From NCBI GenBank assembly GCA_013265495.1, contig MU061579.1, positions 1,547,319 through 1,611,318 on the forward strand: 64,000 nucleotides of DNA, read 5' to 3'. The position numbers and the translations under genes were made by a program. Below, piece after piece: positions 42,140 to 56,937 of this stretch (its first letter is position 1; the number at the start of each line of letters is the position of its first letter). Source of the DNA: Vicugna vicugna. Lineage: Eukaryota. The notes beneath the pieces are model-generated. The model was not told the DNA's origin and made no database searches. It saw only the letters and a list, made by a program, of their open reading frames with translations.

Positions 42140-45090
42140 TCATGCCGGCTTTCTTATGATTGATGTTTGTTTTCCAAACAATTTACTTTTTTCTGATCAA
42201 TGTCTTATATTTATGGTGGGTTTCTTAGAGACAGTATATATTTGGGTCTTTTTTATCCATTCCAACAGTTCCTGAATTTTAATTGGAGGTGTTTAGATTG
42301 TCTATATTTGATGAATTTGTTGATATAGTTGGTATAAATCTACTATTTCTATCATTTTGTTCCCTCTGTTCTTTCTTTCCATTTTTCTTTTTGTTTTCTT
42401 CTGGATTAAGTTCATTTTAATGATTTTATTTTATCTCATTTTTGGCTTATTATCTATAATTCTCTGTTTTATCATTTTAAAGTTTGTTTAGAATTTTAAA
42501 AATATATATCTTTAATGTATCATAGTCTCCCTTCAAACAAAATTATACTACTTTATGTATAATGCAAAAGCTTAAAACAGTATAATCCTGAATGTTGTGG
42601 ACTTGTTTTCTTACATTTTACTTCCATATATGTTATAAATCCCACAACACATTGTTGTTATTCATTTTGCTTAAACGATTATCCTTCAAAGTAATTTTAA
42701 AAATAATGAAAATGTCTTTTTATCTGCACATAACCATTTTCATTTTTTATTCTTTCTGTAGATGACCATTTCAATTTCTTACTATTTTCTTTCTCCCTAA
42801 AGGGCTTTCTTTAACACTCCTCGTAGTGATGATAATAGTGATGTTGATGATATATCCTTTCAGATTTTTATATATCAGGTCTTTACTCTGGCTTCATTTT
42901 CAAAATATATTTTGCTGAAATAATGTTCTAGTTTGACATATTTTTCAGTACTTTTAAGATGCTTCTCCCTTTTTCTGGCTTGAATTACTGTTGATAATAA
43001 ATCTGCTCTCATTCTTATATTTATTCCTGTGTGCGTATATTTTTTTCCCTTGCAGCTTTAAAGTTTTTCTTTTATCACTGGTTTTAAGCAATGATTATGA
43101 TGTCCCTTGGTGCTGTTTTTTCCTTCTTCTTTATGCTTAAAATTCATTGAGCTTCTTGGATCTTTGGGTTTATAACTTTTATCAAATTTGGAAAAATTTG
43201 TCCTTTATTTCTTCAAATATTTTCTCCATTGTTCCCACTTCTCTTCCTGATATTTGAGTTACAATTGTATCAGGACATTTAATAGCTCATAATTCACTGA
43301 TGCTCTATTAATTCTTTACAGACTTCAAAAAAATTTATATTTCATTTTCTACCATTTCTTGATTGTGATATGTTTAAATTAAGTAATATTTTTCTTCTAC
43401 AGTGTCTAATTTCTTTTAATTCAATTCATTTTATTTTTTATTTTAGAGGTTATATTTTTATCTCTAGAGGTTCACTTTGGGTTTCATCTTTATTTTTTAT
43501 TTTTCTCTGTATCATCTTTACATCCTACATTTTTGGAACATATTGAATATATTTTCCATGTACCATGTATGATGTTTTACACTTTTTACCTATTCTATTA
43601 TGTGTACCTTTTTGGAATCTGATTCAGTTGATTGATGTTTATTCTTACTATGCATTATATTTTTCTACTCCTTTGCATGCCTGGTATTTTTTCAAATAAA
43701 TGCCAAAGGTGAGTTTTACATGACTGGTTGCTCGAATTATCTGTGCTCTCATCAATATTTCTGGGCTTTGTTCTGGAATGTAGTTGAGTTACTAGGAAAC
43801 AAGTTTTAACCTTCTGAGGCTTGCTTTTCAGCTTTCTTGGGAAAGTCCAGACAGTTTTTCTAGAGCTAACGTGGCCTCATTATGGAGGCAATAATCTTTT
43901 ATGTGTTCTGCATGAAACCGTGTGTGTTAGGATATCTTTCCATTCTGACTTGTGGGAAATGCATAATATCCAGTTTTATCTTACCTGCTCTTTAGTGATC
44001 ATTTCCTGGATCTAGTTTCCTCACAACATGTGCTGTTAGGCAATCACATGTTTGCTTGTGATACTGTGTATCTCCAGTGCTTTCTCTCTCTTTCTGTGTG
44101 TGTGTGTGTCCTATCTGGGTTCTACCCTGTGATTTCTAGACACCTTGACCTCCCTAAAGTCTGAACTCCTTTTCAACTAATTAATATAACTAGCCTTCTT
44201 GAGTCTCACCTCCTTGGACTTTGGCCTAAAAAATTTGTGTAATTAGTAAGATGGAAAATCATATGGTTCAAATTTTTTTTTTCATTTATCAGTGTTCTAT
44301 CTTGTATGTTTTCCAAAATCTGAAAATATTTACTTCATACATTTGTCTGCATTTGTTTGCATAGCAAAGTGATTCAGTTATACATATATATATTATCAGA
44401 TTCCTTTCTATTATAGATTATCACAAGATATTAAATATAGTTCTCTGCATTGTACAGTAGGCCCTTGTCGTTTATCTGTTTTATATATAGTAGTGTGTAT
44501 CTGTTAATCCCAAATTCCAAATTTGCCCCTCCCCTTCTCCCTTTGGTAACCATACGTTTGTTTTCTATGTCTGTGAGTCTATTTTTATTTTGTAAATAAG
44601 TTCATTTGTATCATTTTTTTTGGATTCCACATGTAAGTGATAGCATATAATATTTGTCTTTCTCTCCCTGACTTACTTCATTTAGTATGATAATCTCTTG
44701 GTCCATCCCTGTTGTGGCAGATGGCATTATTTCACTCTTTTTTATGACTGAGTAGTATTCCAATGTGTGTATATTACATCTTCTTTATCCAATTATCTAT
44801 TGATGGACATTTTGAATGCTTCCATGTCTTGGCTATTATAGTGCTTCTATGAACATTGAGGTTCATGTATATTTTTGAATTAGAGTTTTCATCTTTTCTG
44901 GGTATATACCCAGGAGTTAGATTGCCAGATCATATGTTAACTCTATCATTTGTTTTTTAAGGAACCTCCATACTGTTCTCCATAGTGGCTGCATCAATTT
45001 ACACCCCCATCAGCAGTGTAAGAGATTTCCCTTTCACTGAGAAAGTAAATTCTGTCTTTGTCACTTCATCATGACAAGAAATGGCAAGTT
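42140..45090 (-). mobile_element. Old L1M 5' half (ORF2 start, inter-ORF, ORF1, 5' region), interrupted by a younger L1
   Basis: Antisense EN-start motif gggtttcttagagacagtatatatttgggtc; ORF1-type tttggaaaaatttgtcctttatttcttcaaatatt; appears to resume at about 45037-45090. Confidence 0.75.
44359..45036 (-). mobile_element. Cetartiodactyl-type L1 3' end lacking its tail
   Basis: Homologous to the 20761-21659 element (ttccacatgtaagtgata; aggaacctccatactgttctccatagtggctg). Confidence 0.92.
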
Positions 45091-47261
45091 CAACATAGCT
45101 TAAAATTGGCAATTAATTATGGGAAAAATGGAGGCTGATGTAAGAATATTTAGGGATAAATGAATAAATAAAAGATGATGGAATCTGCAGTGGATGGTGA
45201 GGAAGGGGAAAGAATCTAGAGCAACCCATTTTCTTTACTTTTCCTGGTTGATGTTTCTTGTGCCTTTCTTTAAGCTCTATCTGTTTCATCTTTTGATTAG
45301 CATTCTATTTATTCTCTACTTTCCTTTGACATAGGTATATAGGTGAATTCTACTTATATTTCTTTTGCATTTAAGTCTGCCCTCCAACACACACATCTAT
45401 ACCACAATAATCCAGTCAACCTAGATTAGCAAACCAAATTTTAATATATTAATGCTCAGAGATTATTTTCACTGTACATAATAATAGGAAAGACTATCCA
45501 CTTGGCTATTATACATTCATTATATATCCAGTACATTGGTTGTATTAATGGACTAAGTCATCTATGTGGTAGGAAAATCTTTTGCTGTACCTATCATTTT
45601 AAACATATATATGTATATTTTAGAATGGATTTATATTGTTGAGATGAATTCTGAATATACAAAATAATCATTTAATTTAGGTATGAAATTCTGTTTTGGA
45701 ATTGAATGATGAAACCAATTGATATTGAAATATGGAGAACCTTATGTTGTTTTAAAATATAATCTGCAACTAAAAATATTTGTCACTTACCTATATACAT
45801 CATTGGATCTGGGGACGCCACTAGATGGATAAGAAATAAGAATACAAAATCATAGATGGAAAATAATTTTTAATAAAAGATTTATAAAATATATATCTCA
45901 ATATAAAATTCTTCCTGATTGAATCACTGAATCATTCTTAGAATACAAATGAAATAAAACTTTCTTAAATTCTAATCTCCAGAGATTGAAATAAATTCTA
46001 TGTGGTACTAAAATTTGAAAATGCAGTGGTGAATATTTACTTATTACATATCAACACATTATTCTTCACAGAATAAATATTCCTTGTTTTCAAGTTGAAA
46101 TCATCTCAGAAAATTAGGGTCAGATTTTATAATCTACTCTACATTCAAATTCAAATCTTATTTTTTATAAAGAATCATCAGATACGGAAACAATATGAAT
46201 TTTCTGCCTCCTATTTTCCTTGAACTCCTCAGCATTCGCATACAAACACCAAGAAAGAAAAAAAAAAAAGAAAAGAAAATGCTGAGTTTTTGTTTCAGGT
46301 TAACAAGGTGGATGGAATGGCATCTTACTCAGTGATAATTTGTGAAATGTTCTATTGCTAATGAAGTCAAATGCCACCCTGGTTGCCTGCCAAAACTCCA
46401 AATTTGGAAGTACCTATTACATCAATGCTGACAAGGCAGGAAATATGAACGCTTGAACTTAGCATCAAGGAACAAACAAACCAAAAAATCCTCCCAAACA
46501 GGGGAGCACTCTAATGAGCTGCAGAACTCCATGCTGACTCCAGATGCCACTGGAATTAGAAACTAGATATTTCTTACCTCTGTTCAGGAAAAAAAAAAAA
46601 TGCTGAAGACTGACTGCGACTACATTTGATTGACTTTTCAACCTTCTCTATTGCATATAGAAAATGTCAATTACCCATAATCGTGATTTTTAAGTAGTTG
46701 TTTGTTCAGTTTAGTGTCTTCTAATGATATTTGCATTTGTTTACATTTTCCTGCAATATAAATTATCAGAATAACTGAAATACAAAGTTATCCAACTTAA
46801 AGAAAGTTATTAGAACTTGAAGGAACTAGATCACTGCCCTGCCACTGTACTATTATATGTGAAAACATAAATTGATTACTTAAGTTTGAATATAGAGAAT
46901 TTTTTATTTTGAAGTAAAGATATGTGTGTGTGTGTGTGTACTGGTGTCTCACATTTATTCACACTATGACTTTGGTGTGCAGTAACAGTGTAGTTTCTTT
47001 ATCTACAACTATTGTAGAAACCCTAACTTTCTGGATGTAGAAAGAATAGCATTATAGTCCCATTCATTAACATTAGGCTGAAAAATAATATAAATAGTCA
47101 TTTTAAATAATGCTCGGTCTCTCTAGGTAAGAATTGTCAGGCTTTCATATTTCTCCTCAAACTCTGCTCCTCTCAAAGATGGTTTCTTTATTTGGGTGGG
47201 GCTTTGTGGCTGTTTAGGTAAAGATGTCCTTAAATCCTCTGTGGCGTTTCCTTGATCTCTT

Positions 47262-49582
47262 ATTTTGATAAAAATGCTTAACATAGGATCCACCCTCTTA
47301 AGAAACTGTTGAGTGTACAATAGAGTACTGTTAACTGCAATTACAGGGTTGTATAGCGTATCTCTACAACTTTCTCATTTGACTGAACTAAAATTTAATG
47401 TCTTTGGTTAAAGTCTCCCCATTTTTCCTTCCCTCAGCCTCTAGCATTCTTTGATTCTATGTATTTGACTATTTTAGACCCTTCATCTATAAATGGGATC
47501 ATGCAATATTTGTCCTATGTGACCAACTTACTTCACGTAACATTATGTTCTCAAGGTTCATCTGTGTGGTAGCACATGACAGAATTTCTTCCTTTTTAAG
47601 CTGAATAATATTCTGTTGTATGTATATACATATGCCACCTTTTCTTTATTAATTCATTTTTTTCAGTGGACATTTAGTTATCTTGTATGACTTGGAATAA
47701 TGTTGCAATGAAAGTCGGTATGCAATATCTTTTGAGATCCTGTTTTGAATATATACCCAAAAGAAGTGGGATTGCTGGATCATATGGCAATTCTATTTAT
47801 AGTTTTTTAAGGAAATGCTACACTGTTTTCCAAAGCAGCGGCACCATTTTACATTCTCACCAACAGTGCACAAGAGTTCCAGTTTCTCTACATCTTCACC
47901 AATTCTTATTTGTTTGCCTGCTTGTTTTTGAAAGCGGTCAGCTAATCGGTTGAGGTGATATCTTACCATGGTTTTGATAAGCATTTCTCTGGTGATTAGT
48001 GATGTTGATCATCTTTTCATGTACCTGTTGGCCATTTGTATATTTTATGGAGAAATGTCTATTAGAGCCTTCAGCCCATTTTTAAATTGAGATAGCACGT
48101 TTTTGTTATTGAGTTATAGAAGTTCCTTATATACTTGGAGTATCAACCCTTTATCAAATATATGGCTTGCAAGTACTTTGTCTCATTCTGTAGGCTGTCT
48201 TTTCATTCTGTTGATTGCTTTCTTGGCTGTGCAGAAGCTTTTAGTTTGATATAGTACCACTTTTCTATTTTTGCTTCTGTTGCCTATGCTTTTGTTATTA
48301 TACCCAAGAACTTATTGCCAATGTCATAAAGTGTTTCCTTCATGTTTTCTTCTCAGATTATTTTTAAAGTTTCAGGTCTTACATTTAAGTCTTTAATTTG
48401 TTTGGAAATGATTTTTGTGTATGGTGTCAGGTAAGTGTCCAAATTCTTTCTTTTGCATGTGGATATCCAGTTCCCAACACCATTTATTGGAAAGACTATT
48501 CTTTCCCCATTTTGTATTCTTGGCTCTCTCACCAAAGGTTAGTCAACCATGTATGTGTGGATTTGTCTTCATACTCTCTATTTAGTCCCATTGCCATAGG
48601 TCTGATTTTATGTCTGTACAATACTACTTCAATTACCATAGCTTTGCACTATATTTTGAAATCAGGAAATATGATGCCTCTTACTGTGTTCTTCCTTCTC
48701 AACATTGATTTGTCTGCTTGGAGTGTTTTGTAATTACACATGAATTTTATAACTGTTTTTTTCCATTTTTGTAAAAGCTGCCATTGAGATTTTAATAGAA
48801 ATTTCACTGAATTTGTAAATTGCTTTGCATAGTATGGACATTCAAACAATATTGTCTTTTAATCCATGAACAGGAATATCTTTTCATCTGTTTGTCTTTT
48901 AAATTTCATTTCATCAATGTTTTGTAGTTTTCAGTTTACACGCCTTTCAAATCCTTAGTTAAATTTAATCCTAAATATTTTGTTATTTTTAACTGTAAGT
49001 GGAATTGTTTTACTAATTTCCTTTTCAGATAGTTTGTTGATAGTGGATTGAAGTCCAACTGATTTTTGTATGTTGATTTTGAAACATACAACTTCACTAA
49101 ATTTGTTTATGAGTTGTAGTAGGTTTTCTCTTTTTTAATAGAGTCTTTAGGGCTTTCTATCTATAGTATCTTGTCATTTGCAAGAAGAAATAATTTTACT
49201 ACTTCCTTTCCAATCTGAATGTGTTTTATTTATTTATAATTGATTTGGTTAGGACTTCCAGATCTGTGTCGAATAAAAATGATGAGAGTATGCATCCTAT
49301 TTTGTTCCTGATTTTAAAGAAAGGTTGTTCAACTTTTCACTGTTGCTTATGATGTTAACTGTGAGCTTTCCATAGGTGGCCTTTATTATGCTGAGGTATG
49401 TTTTTTCCACACCAAATTTGTTGAGAGTTCCTGAATTTTATCAGATGCTTTTTCCGCATCTTTTGAGACCATCATGTGATTTTTATCCTTTATTCTGTTA
49501 ATGTGGTGTATTATATTAATTGATTTTCATATGTTGAACCATCCTTGCACCTTAGAGATAAATCCCATTTGGTCATGGTGTA
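47262..49582 (-). mobile_element. L1MA/MB-type element, 3' UTR plus about 2 kb of degenerate ORF2
   Basis: Continuous antisense L1 ORF2; ORF-track fragments such as [12 protein letters not shown] and GIIFPDFK are L1 ORF2-like. Confidence 0.95.
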
Positions 49583-50749
49583 CGAGATATAAATATATTT
49601 GCATGTGGCCTTTCTTTTATCTAGAAAGCTCTTTCTCAAAATATCCACATGGTTTTCTCCCTCACTTTATCTTGGTATTTGATCAAAATTTTTATAAATT
49701 ATCCTCATAGTCTTCTTATATTAATAGCATCATCAACTCTATCCCACGATCCCTACTTTTAAAAACATGTATGTGAATTACATGCTATTTAACTTGCTTT
49801 ATATGTGGTTTAATTTCCTGTATTTTCTTATTGGAAGAGATTATTCTGCTTAACTGTGAATACCTCAAACATAAAAATATGTATGGTACATAATAAAGAA
49901 ATAATATCAGTTGTTGTTATTTTATTTTTATATAGTGCCTTAAACTAGATATAGAAATTTTTGCCCTTTTTTTGATACAGTTGAAGTTTGTGATAATTTT
50001 TTTCCAAAGGGAAGTATTGCAATCCTTATGGTATCAAAACCAAAACTATTTAAGAAATGATGAAAAATTAATACCTTTTCCAGCACCCAGGAAGGAGTTT
50101 GTGTAATACTACATTATTCATGAGATAAGAAGAATAAGGCTTCCTTACAAAAAATATAATGGTTATCATCTAGAACAGTTTGTAGTTTGTTCGTAGAAAA
50201 TAAAACCATTCAGTTTCTAATGATTTCTCTCCTTTTTTGATCATATGAACTATTTCCTTTATTAAATGATACTAATTATTTATATATATTTTTAATGTAA
50301 CACATGACTAAAGAAAAGCATTTTTTAATAATTTTTAAAGTTTGAAATCTATTGACAATACACATATGAAATTAAAGCCATGTATCACATTTTTATTCAG
50401 GGAATATGGTACAACTTTGAGTAAAACTCCTTTCTGAGGAAAACTGAGAATGTCATAATTACTTTGTAGAATGATTAATGGTACTCATAAATTTAGGTAT
50501 TAGCCAATTCTGTTAAGAGTCAGGTTTGTTCATAAAATATTCTATGAAACATTTTTATTCTAATCCCCAACCCCCATTCCAAAGGTGCTAGTCAAAAGTC
50601 TTCTTCTTGACAATTTCACCATGCCTTCCTTCCATAACATTTACATTTTCTTGTAATTAAATAGTTAACTGAAAAATGGTCTATATAATAGATAGCTGAT
50701 TATCAGACTTCTATAGAAATTTAGCCCAAATTTACTCTTCAGAATTGAC

Positions 50750-51123
50750 CATGGTATTCCTAGAAGTGAAATAGATTGGAAGCCCATATACACATGTATA
50801 TGTAATTACGGAAGAAATGGAGAAATTGAGAGAGAAAAACTACAGAAATTTGCTCACAGGACAACCCCGGACATATCTGTAGTTTGGGTTCAAAGGCAGT
50901 CAACTGGCAGAATATCTTTATGCTCATTATTTGTCATTATTTGTTTTATTAAGGCCTTCAACTGATTGGATAAGGGCCACTCACATGGTAATTTGCTTTA
51001 CTCAATGTCCAATGATTAAAATATTAATGTCAGTCGAAAAAACAACTTCACAGAAGCATTCAAAATAGTATTTGACCAAGCACTGTGGCCCAGCCAAGTT
51101 AATACATAGAATTAATCATAACA
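50750..51123 (-). mobile_element. ERVL LTR (MLT2-like)
   Basis: aggccttcaactgattggataagggccactcacat...ggcccagccaagttaatacatagaattaatcataaca. Confidence 0.85.
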
Positions 51124-53249
51124 GGGGTCATTAAATATTAATAAAGCCAGGATAGCCAAAGTGATTAAGTATATACATAGGCACTCGGTGGAGAAACCTG
51201 TGTTTAGAACCAAGCTAGCTGATCCCCCTACCCTAAAAGAGTGGAATATAAATATACCTAGCTCCTCTTAATCATGGCATGAACAACACATTTAAAAATA
51301 AAAGAAAGAAAATAAATGATTCCTATTTAGTGAATCTGGACTATGTATCTACAATGACATACAATATGTATCTACAAACAAAGTTCAAAGTGGCAGATCT
51401 CCCTTAATCCCTAGCAGGTGACAGAAGAGCACATGGTGATTAGAACTTAACTAGAGCTGAACTTAACTAGTTCACTTAACTCTTGAGTGAATTTATCATA
51501 TTAAAGTATCACCTAGGTTAATTTAGAATAAGAGATTGATATGGAAGTCAAGTAGAACTTCTAAACATTATCTTGTCAATTTCTTTATCCAATTATTTTA
51601 CTCCCTGATATCAAGAACTCGAGTTATCATATTATCCTACAGAATGAGTACCTGATTGATTCACTTCCAACATGTTCAGTTAGAAGTGTCCACAATACAG
51701 AGGAACATATCAGGTCAAGACTGGAGTTATTATTATACTGGTGTTACTTACAACATTGAGTGTTTAGTGTTAACTAACATAAAATATACAAAGTCAAGAA
51801 AATTAAGCTAAGTAGAAACACAGGGGAAAGAAAACAATAGTTAAGTGACTGATGTAAATTATTAATTAGGAAATAAATCTGATGAATAGCAGTTTGTTTT
51901 CTTCACTGCAGAATATTTTTTTAAAGTAATTAGAAAGACCCAAATAAGGAGGAGAAAGATTAGAGTAATTTTGATCAAAAAGGAAATGATTTTTAAAAGA
52001 AGCAAAAAGGATGTGATTATTGAAATATTCTCTATGTTGTGTTAGAATTAATTGAATGTATTAAGACAGATAATTCAGCAGATGAATGAAAGTGATATGA
52101 TTTTTGTAGATTGCAGGATTTGGGGGTTTGATGACAAAAATGAAGGAAACCAATAATATAATTTTAGTAGATTTGAGAATGAAGTGGCAGCCACAATTCT
52201 CAGCTGCCTCACTTGGGAGATCCCCTCCTAATTCTGCAGATGTTATAATGAGAACATGTTACATGCGAATGAATAAAACATTCATTCCTGGAAGGGCATC
52301 ACCTTATGGGGTCATCTGGCATTCAGTCTGTAGTATTCATTAAATCAGCTCGTGAAGACTGAGACTTAAGTGGTATTGTGAAGAGCCTGCAACCCTCAGG
52401 TCCTGCTCATTCATTATATCATCTGTGCACAGAGCAAGAAAAGTTAATACTCATGAGTCTGAATTGCTTCACCTAGTTCTCCCAATTTCATTGTTCCACT
52501 GAAAAAAAACCTAAAAACTGGAAAAGGGAAAGCTATCTACTCATAACTTTTGCATTGGTTTTGGTTGCAAGTCGTTGTAGCATTTCACAGCCTTGATTTG
52601 TTAGTTTTCCTAGGTTATGCTGCCAACAAGCTGCCCTTTCCTACAAGTAACAGGTGAGCAAGTAAACAAGTAGAAGAAGAAAAAGGAGAAACCATCCACA
52701 AAGGAGAATCAGAGGGATCATATGAGGAAAAATAAGAGAGCAGCATTTGGAAAAAAAAGTTAGGAAATGTTTGAGGACACAGTGGTCAACAGATCCAGAT
52801 GCAACAGAGAAAAAGAAAGAAGTGTTTTGAACTTAGAGACACTGGCATTACCATTAAATGTCACAGGATCCTACTCAAGGTTTGGGGAGGTGGGTGGTAA
52901 TAGGGCATCAAAACTACATCATCACATAAAAATAATATTCAGGAGTGGAATACATGTGAATTAAAATGATAAATGCACAGTATAGTAGAAAACTCAATGG
53001 AAATGACAAAGAGAAAAGGGAAACAGAAATACACTAGAGTTGCTGGTTTGGAATTAAGTCTTTGTCTAAAACTGTTATTTGATGTCTTGGAAGGAGTTTT
53101 GAAATCCTGTGCTCTTGACTTAAAGGCTCACTCTTAACCTATTGTTAACAATTCAAAATGACTCAAATTCATAATAAAAATGATAATACAGGATGAAATA
53201 ATTTCTTCTTTACAGCATTGCACACTTATTTGTTTATTTGTTGCTCTTT

Positions 53250-54450
53250 TTGAGAGTAACAGGACTTTATTTAGAAAAGTGGGAAATACAGAAAAATATA
53301 AAGAAGAAAATAATTTCCAGAAGTCTCAAAATGAATAACAATTATGACCATTCTACATTATTTCCTTCAATCTTTTTTTTTGATGAAACTATAATACATG
53401 TGAATGTTTGCATGTACTTTGCTAAAAATTCAGACCACGCTCCACATTCAACTATGCAAAATGTTATTCCTTTTATAAACATATTGTGAGCACTGTTACC
53501 ACAATAGTAAATTTTTAATGTCTGCACAACTATATTCTGTTTCATTGCTGTATTAAAAGAGTAGTTTATAATTCTGTCCTTTTAGGTAATTTGGATTCTC
53601 AGTATTTCATGAATATATAACTGTGATCTACATTTCTGTTTACATATATATCTTAATTATAATTTCTGGGTATAGTTTTAAGATGAAATCCTGAAATTAA
53701 ATTATGAAGTCAAGAATAGCAAAAATGTAAGGTTTTAACAGATTTGTAGCTCTCACACGAGTTGTAGTAATTTTATTGTCACCAGGAATATAAGTAGGTT
53801 CACTCTCTCTACATCCTAAAAAGATAAATATGATTAGTATTGTTATTTAACTCTAAAAATTATAAGTATTAGAGTTGAAAATAGTGTGTTTCTATTTATA
53901 GATTTTTATTATTAAGATTTAAATGTTATATGTATTTGTTTCTTATTTATTATTCATTGCTTTCTGTCTTGCCATTTGCTTTTGTGAAATCTCTGTTCAA
54001 AACCTGTCCCATTTTTTCCTGCTGGACCATTACTTGTTTAATTAAATTTTTAGATTTTATTGCATTACCATACTAATCTATTGTGTTAAGTATATGTATC
54101 ATTTACCCCTTTTTATCAACACTCTGAATTGTAACATGCCTTTTCATGCACAAAGTTTACATTTTTCATATGGTAGTACTTTCTCTCTGTCTTTTAAAAT
54201 TTCTATAACTAGTTTTTAGGTCATAAATATTTGGTTTTTTGTATTACATCTTCCTTAGATTTACAAAGAACTTCATCAAAATCAAGTTTTGTCATACAGT
54301 CGGAAGAAAAATCTTTGCCTCGTTTACCATTTACCAGAAATTTTATTGAATTAAATCCTTCTTCTTTAGTGATTTTTGTGTGTGTGTGAAGCATGTTATC
54401 AATGTATCCTTGTAAACAAAGCTTCATTGTTATTATTGGTACAGTGAGTT
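53250..54450 (-). mobile_element. Highly degenerate L1ME-like relic
   Basis: Weak antisense L1 3' motifs, e.g. ttttgtgaaatctctgttcaaaacctgtcccatttttt. Confidence 0.55.
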
Positions 54451-54949
54451 AAGTTAGTACTATTCAGTGGTTTCTACATTTTCTTATTTATTTATTAAGT
54501 TGAATTAAATTATTCATTTTAAAGATGTGCAGTGAGACTAACACCGTGGCCATGGAAAAAGAGAGTGAACAAGACATGGCAAGTGGGGGCTTTAGTTTGC
54601 CTGCAGTGACCTTTCACATACGTATAAGCAAGGAAGCAGTTGAAAATCATATTTTGTTTGCAAAAATATATGCATGTTTCAGAAATTTCAGCTTATTGTT
54701 TATGGTTTCCTCTCCAGCTATATTTTCTTTACTTCTTTCATATACAGGAAACAAATAAGGTCATGTCAGAAAAGGACTAAGAACCTGTCTCTGATTGTTT
54801 GAGAACAGATACAGAAAACATTTTCATGACAACCATTAAAACAGAAGAAAAACTATTTGCAAGCATTTACTTTCTATCATATTTCAAAATCTCCAAATCA
54901 AAAAACTCCAAAAAAGAATTCTGATTCAATATTATGAATAGTTGAAACT

Positions 54950-55150
54950 AATAACTACAAATTGCTATCTTCTGCTATATATTGGGCACCTAGCTATCAC
55001 AGCAATCTTATGAAATTATTATACATTTATGTCATAGGAAACTAATTCTCAGAGTTGAAATAACTTGTAAAGGGCACAGGGATAATGGCAGTATCAGTTC
55101 TCCTCAAAACCAAGTCTTTATGAGTCTCATCTGATGAACTTAATCACCCT
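54950..55150 (-). mobile_element. MIR SINE
   Basis: aggaaactaattctcagagttgaaataacttgtaaagggcacag. Confidence 0.6.
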
Positions 55151-56035
55151 CTTACACTCCCACTTATGTTAGAACTCATTAGTGCTAAAGAATATTCAAT
55201 CAGGACAGTCTAAATTAAGTTTAGTTAAAGCTTTATAAAACAGTATCAGAGGTTACCCAGAAAATGATTTCTTGAAAGTTTTTCAGTTTGATCCTTTTCA
55301 AAGATGTTTGGTTTCCTTATATCTATAAGAAAATGGTGCTTCAGTAAGTTGGAATCTCTCTCTCTCTTTACATACACACACACACACACACCCCCCCAAG
55401 GAGGCAAATAATTTCCACTGTTGGTATAATTGCATGCTCTTGGATATAAAGAAAATCTTTATTAGAGTAAAGGAGGTGCTATGAATAACTGCACTGTGAC
55501 AGCAATAATGAACCAAGACTTTCTAGGACAAAATAGGACATATGGTCACTCTACCCAAACTTCCCAATTATAACTTAAAAAAAGAAAGAATTCTACAACT
55601 TTCACTTTACAAGTAAAAGATAAAAAAAAAATGCTATACCAGAAAGACACACTTGTAAGCCTGTAACAAACCAGAGACAGGTGGGGGTTGTGCAAAAAAC
55701 AGTTCTACTGGAAGCAGGTTTTTTTATAGAATGATGATAGTGAAAATACCATGCATAAGAATATATAAGATAACATATGTGAGATAAAGTAAAGCAGCAA
55801 GCATAGGAGATCTCAAATCTTTAAATATTTATATCCATAGAAATAAAAGATGAAAGAATGTTCATTAAATATCCAATTGAAAAGCTTGGAAAAAATAACA
55901 ATAGAAAAATGAAGGCAATAAATTATATAGAATAAATGTGTGAGTTATAAAACAAAAATACTCTATAAGAATAAACAAAAAGCAAAATGTCAAAAATACA
56001 TATAAACTAACATACATAAACTGACAAATCACTTA

Positions 56036-56190
56036 TGTTACATAACCTCCCAGATAGTCCCCAAAGGCCCCCACCTCCCAGCATTCATAGTTTTGTATAA
56101 TCTCCTTGCCTTGAGTGGAGGCTAGATTTATTAATCCAATTCTAATGAACTCAGGAGGTGAGAGGATGCCATTTCTGAGTTTAGGTTTCA
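56036..56190 (+). mobile_element. MLT1 (E/F-like) LTR, 5' portion only
   Basis: ccccacctcccagcattcat...ataatctccttgccttgagtggaggctaga...ggatgccatttctgagtttaggtt. Confidence 0.7.
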
Positions 56191-56191
56191 G

Positions 56192-56937
56192 CATTGAACC
56201 CTCCTACACTGCTGGTAGGAATGTAGTTTGGTTCAGCCATTATGGAAAATAGTACAGAGATTCCTCAAAAAACTAAAAATAGACTTAACGTATGATCTAG
56301 CAATCCCACTCCTGGATATACATTTGGAGGGAACTCTAATTCAAAAAGATACATGCACCCCAGTGTTCATAGCAGCACTATATACAATAGCCAAGACATG
56401 GAAACAACCTAAATGTCCATCAACAGATGACTGAATAAAGCAGCTGTGGTATATTTATACAATGGAATACTACTCAGCCATAAAAATAAAATAATGCCAT
56501 TTGTAGCAACAAGGATGGACCTAGAGATTGTCATTCTAAGTGAAGTAATCCAGAAAGAGAACGAAAAATACCATATGATATCACTCATATATAGAATCTA
56601 AAAAAAAAGTAAAAAAGAGGACACTAATGAACTCATCTACAAAACAGAAACAGACTCGCAGACATAGAAAACAATTTATAGTTACCGGGAGAAAAGGGGT
56701 GGGATGGGATAAATTTGGGAGTTTGAGATTTGCAAATGTTAGCCACTACATATAAAAATATATTTTTAAAAATTTCTTCTGTATAGCACAGGGAACTATA
56801 TTCAACATATTATAATAACCTTTAATAAAGAAGAATATGAAAAGTAATAATATGTATGTATATGCATGACGGGGTCATTGTGCTGTACACCAGAAATTGA
56901 CACATTGTAACTGACTGCACTTCAATTAAAAAAAAAA
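56192..56937 (+). mobile_element. Young 5'-truncated L1 (ORF2 C-terminus, 3' UTR, poly-A)
   Basis: ORF 56228-56434 ([27 protein letters not shown]...TWKQPKCPSTDD); same subfamily as the 4779 and 20761 copies. Confidence 0.97.

Noticed and set aside
51443..51481. Repeat-spacer-like pattern (CRISPR-like)
   Set aside because: Only 2-3 copies of 8-12 nt with 3-4 nt gaps in a mammalian genome; consistent with slippage
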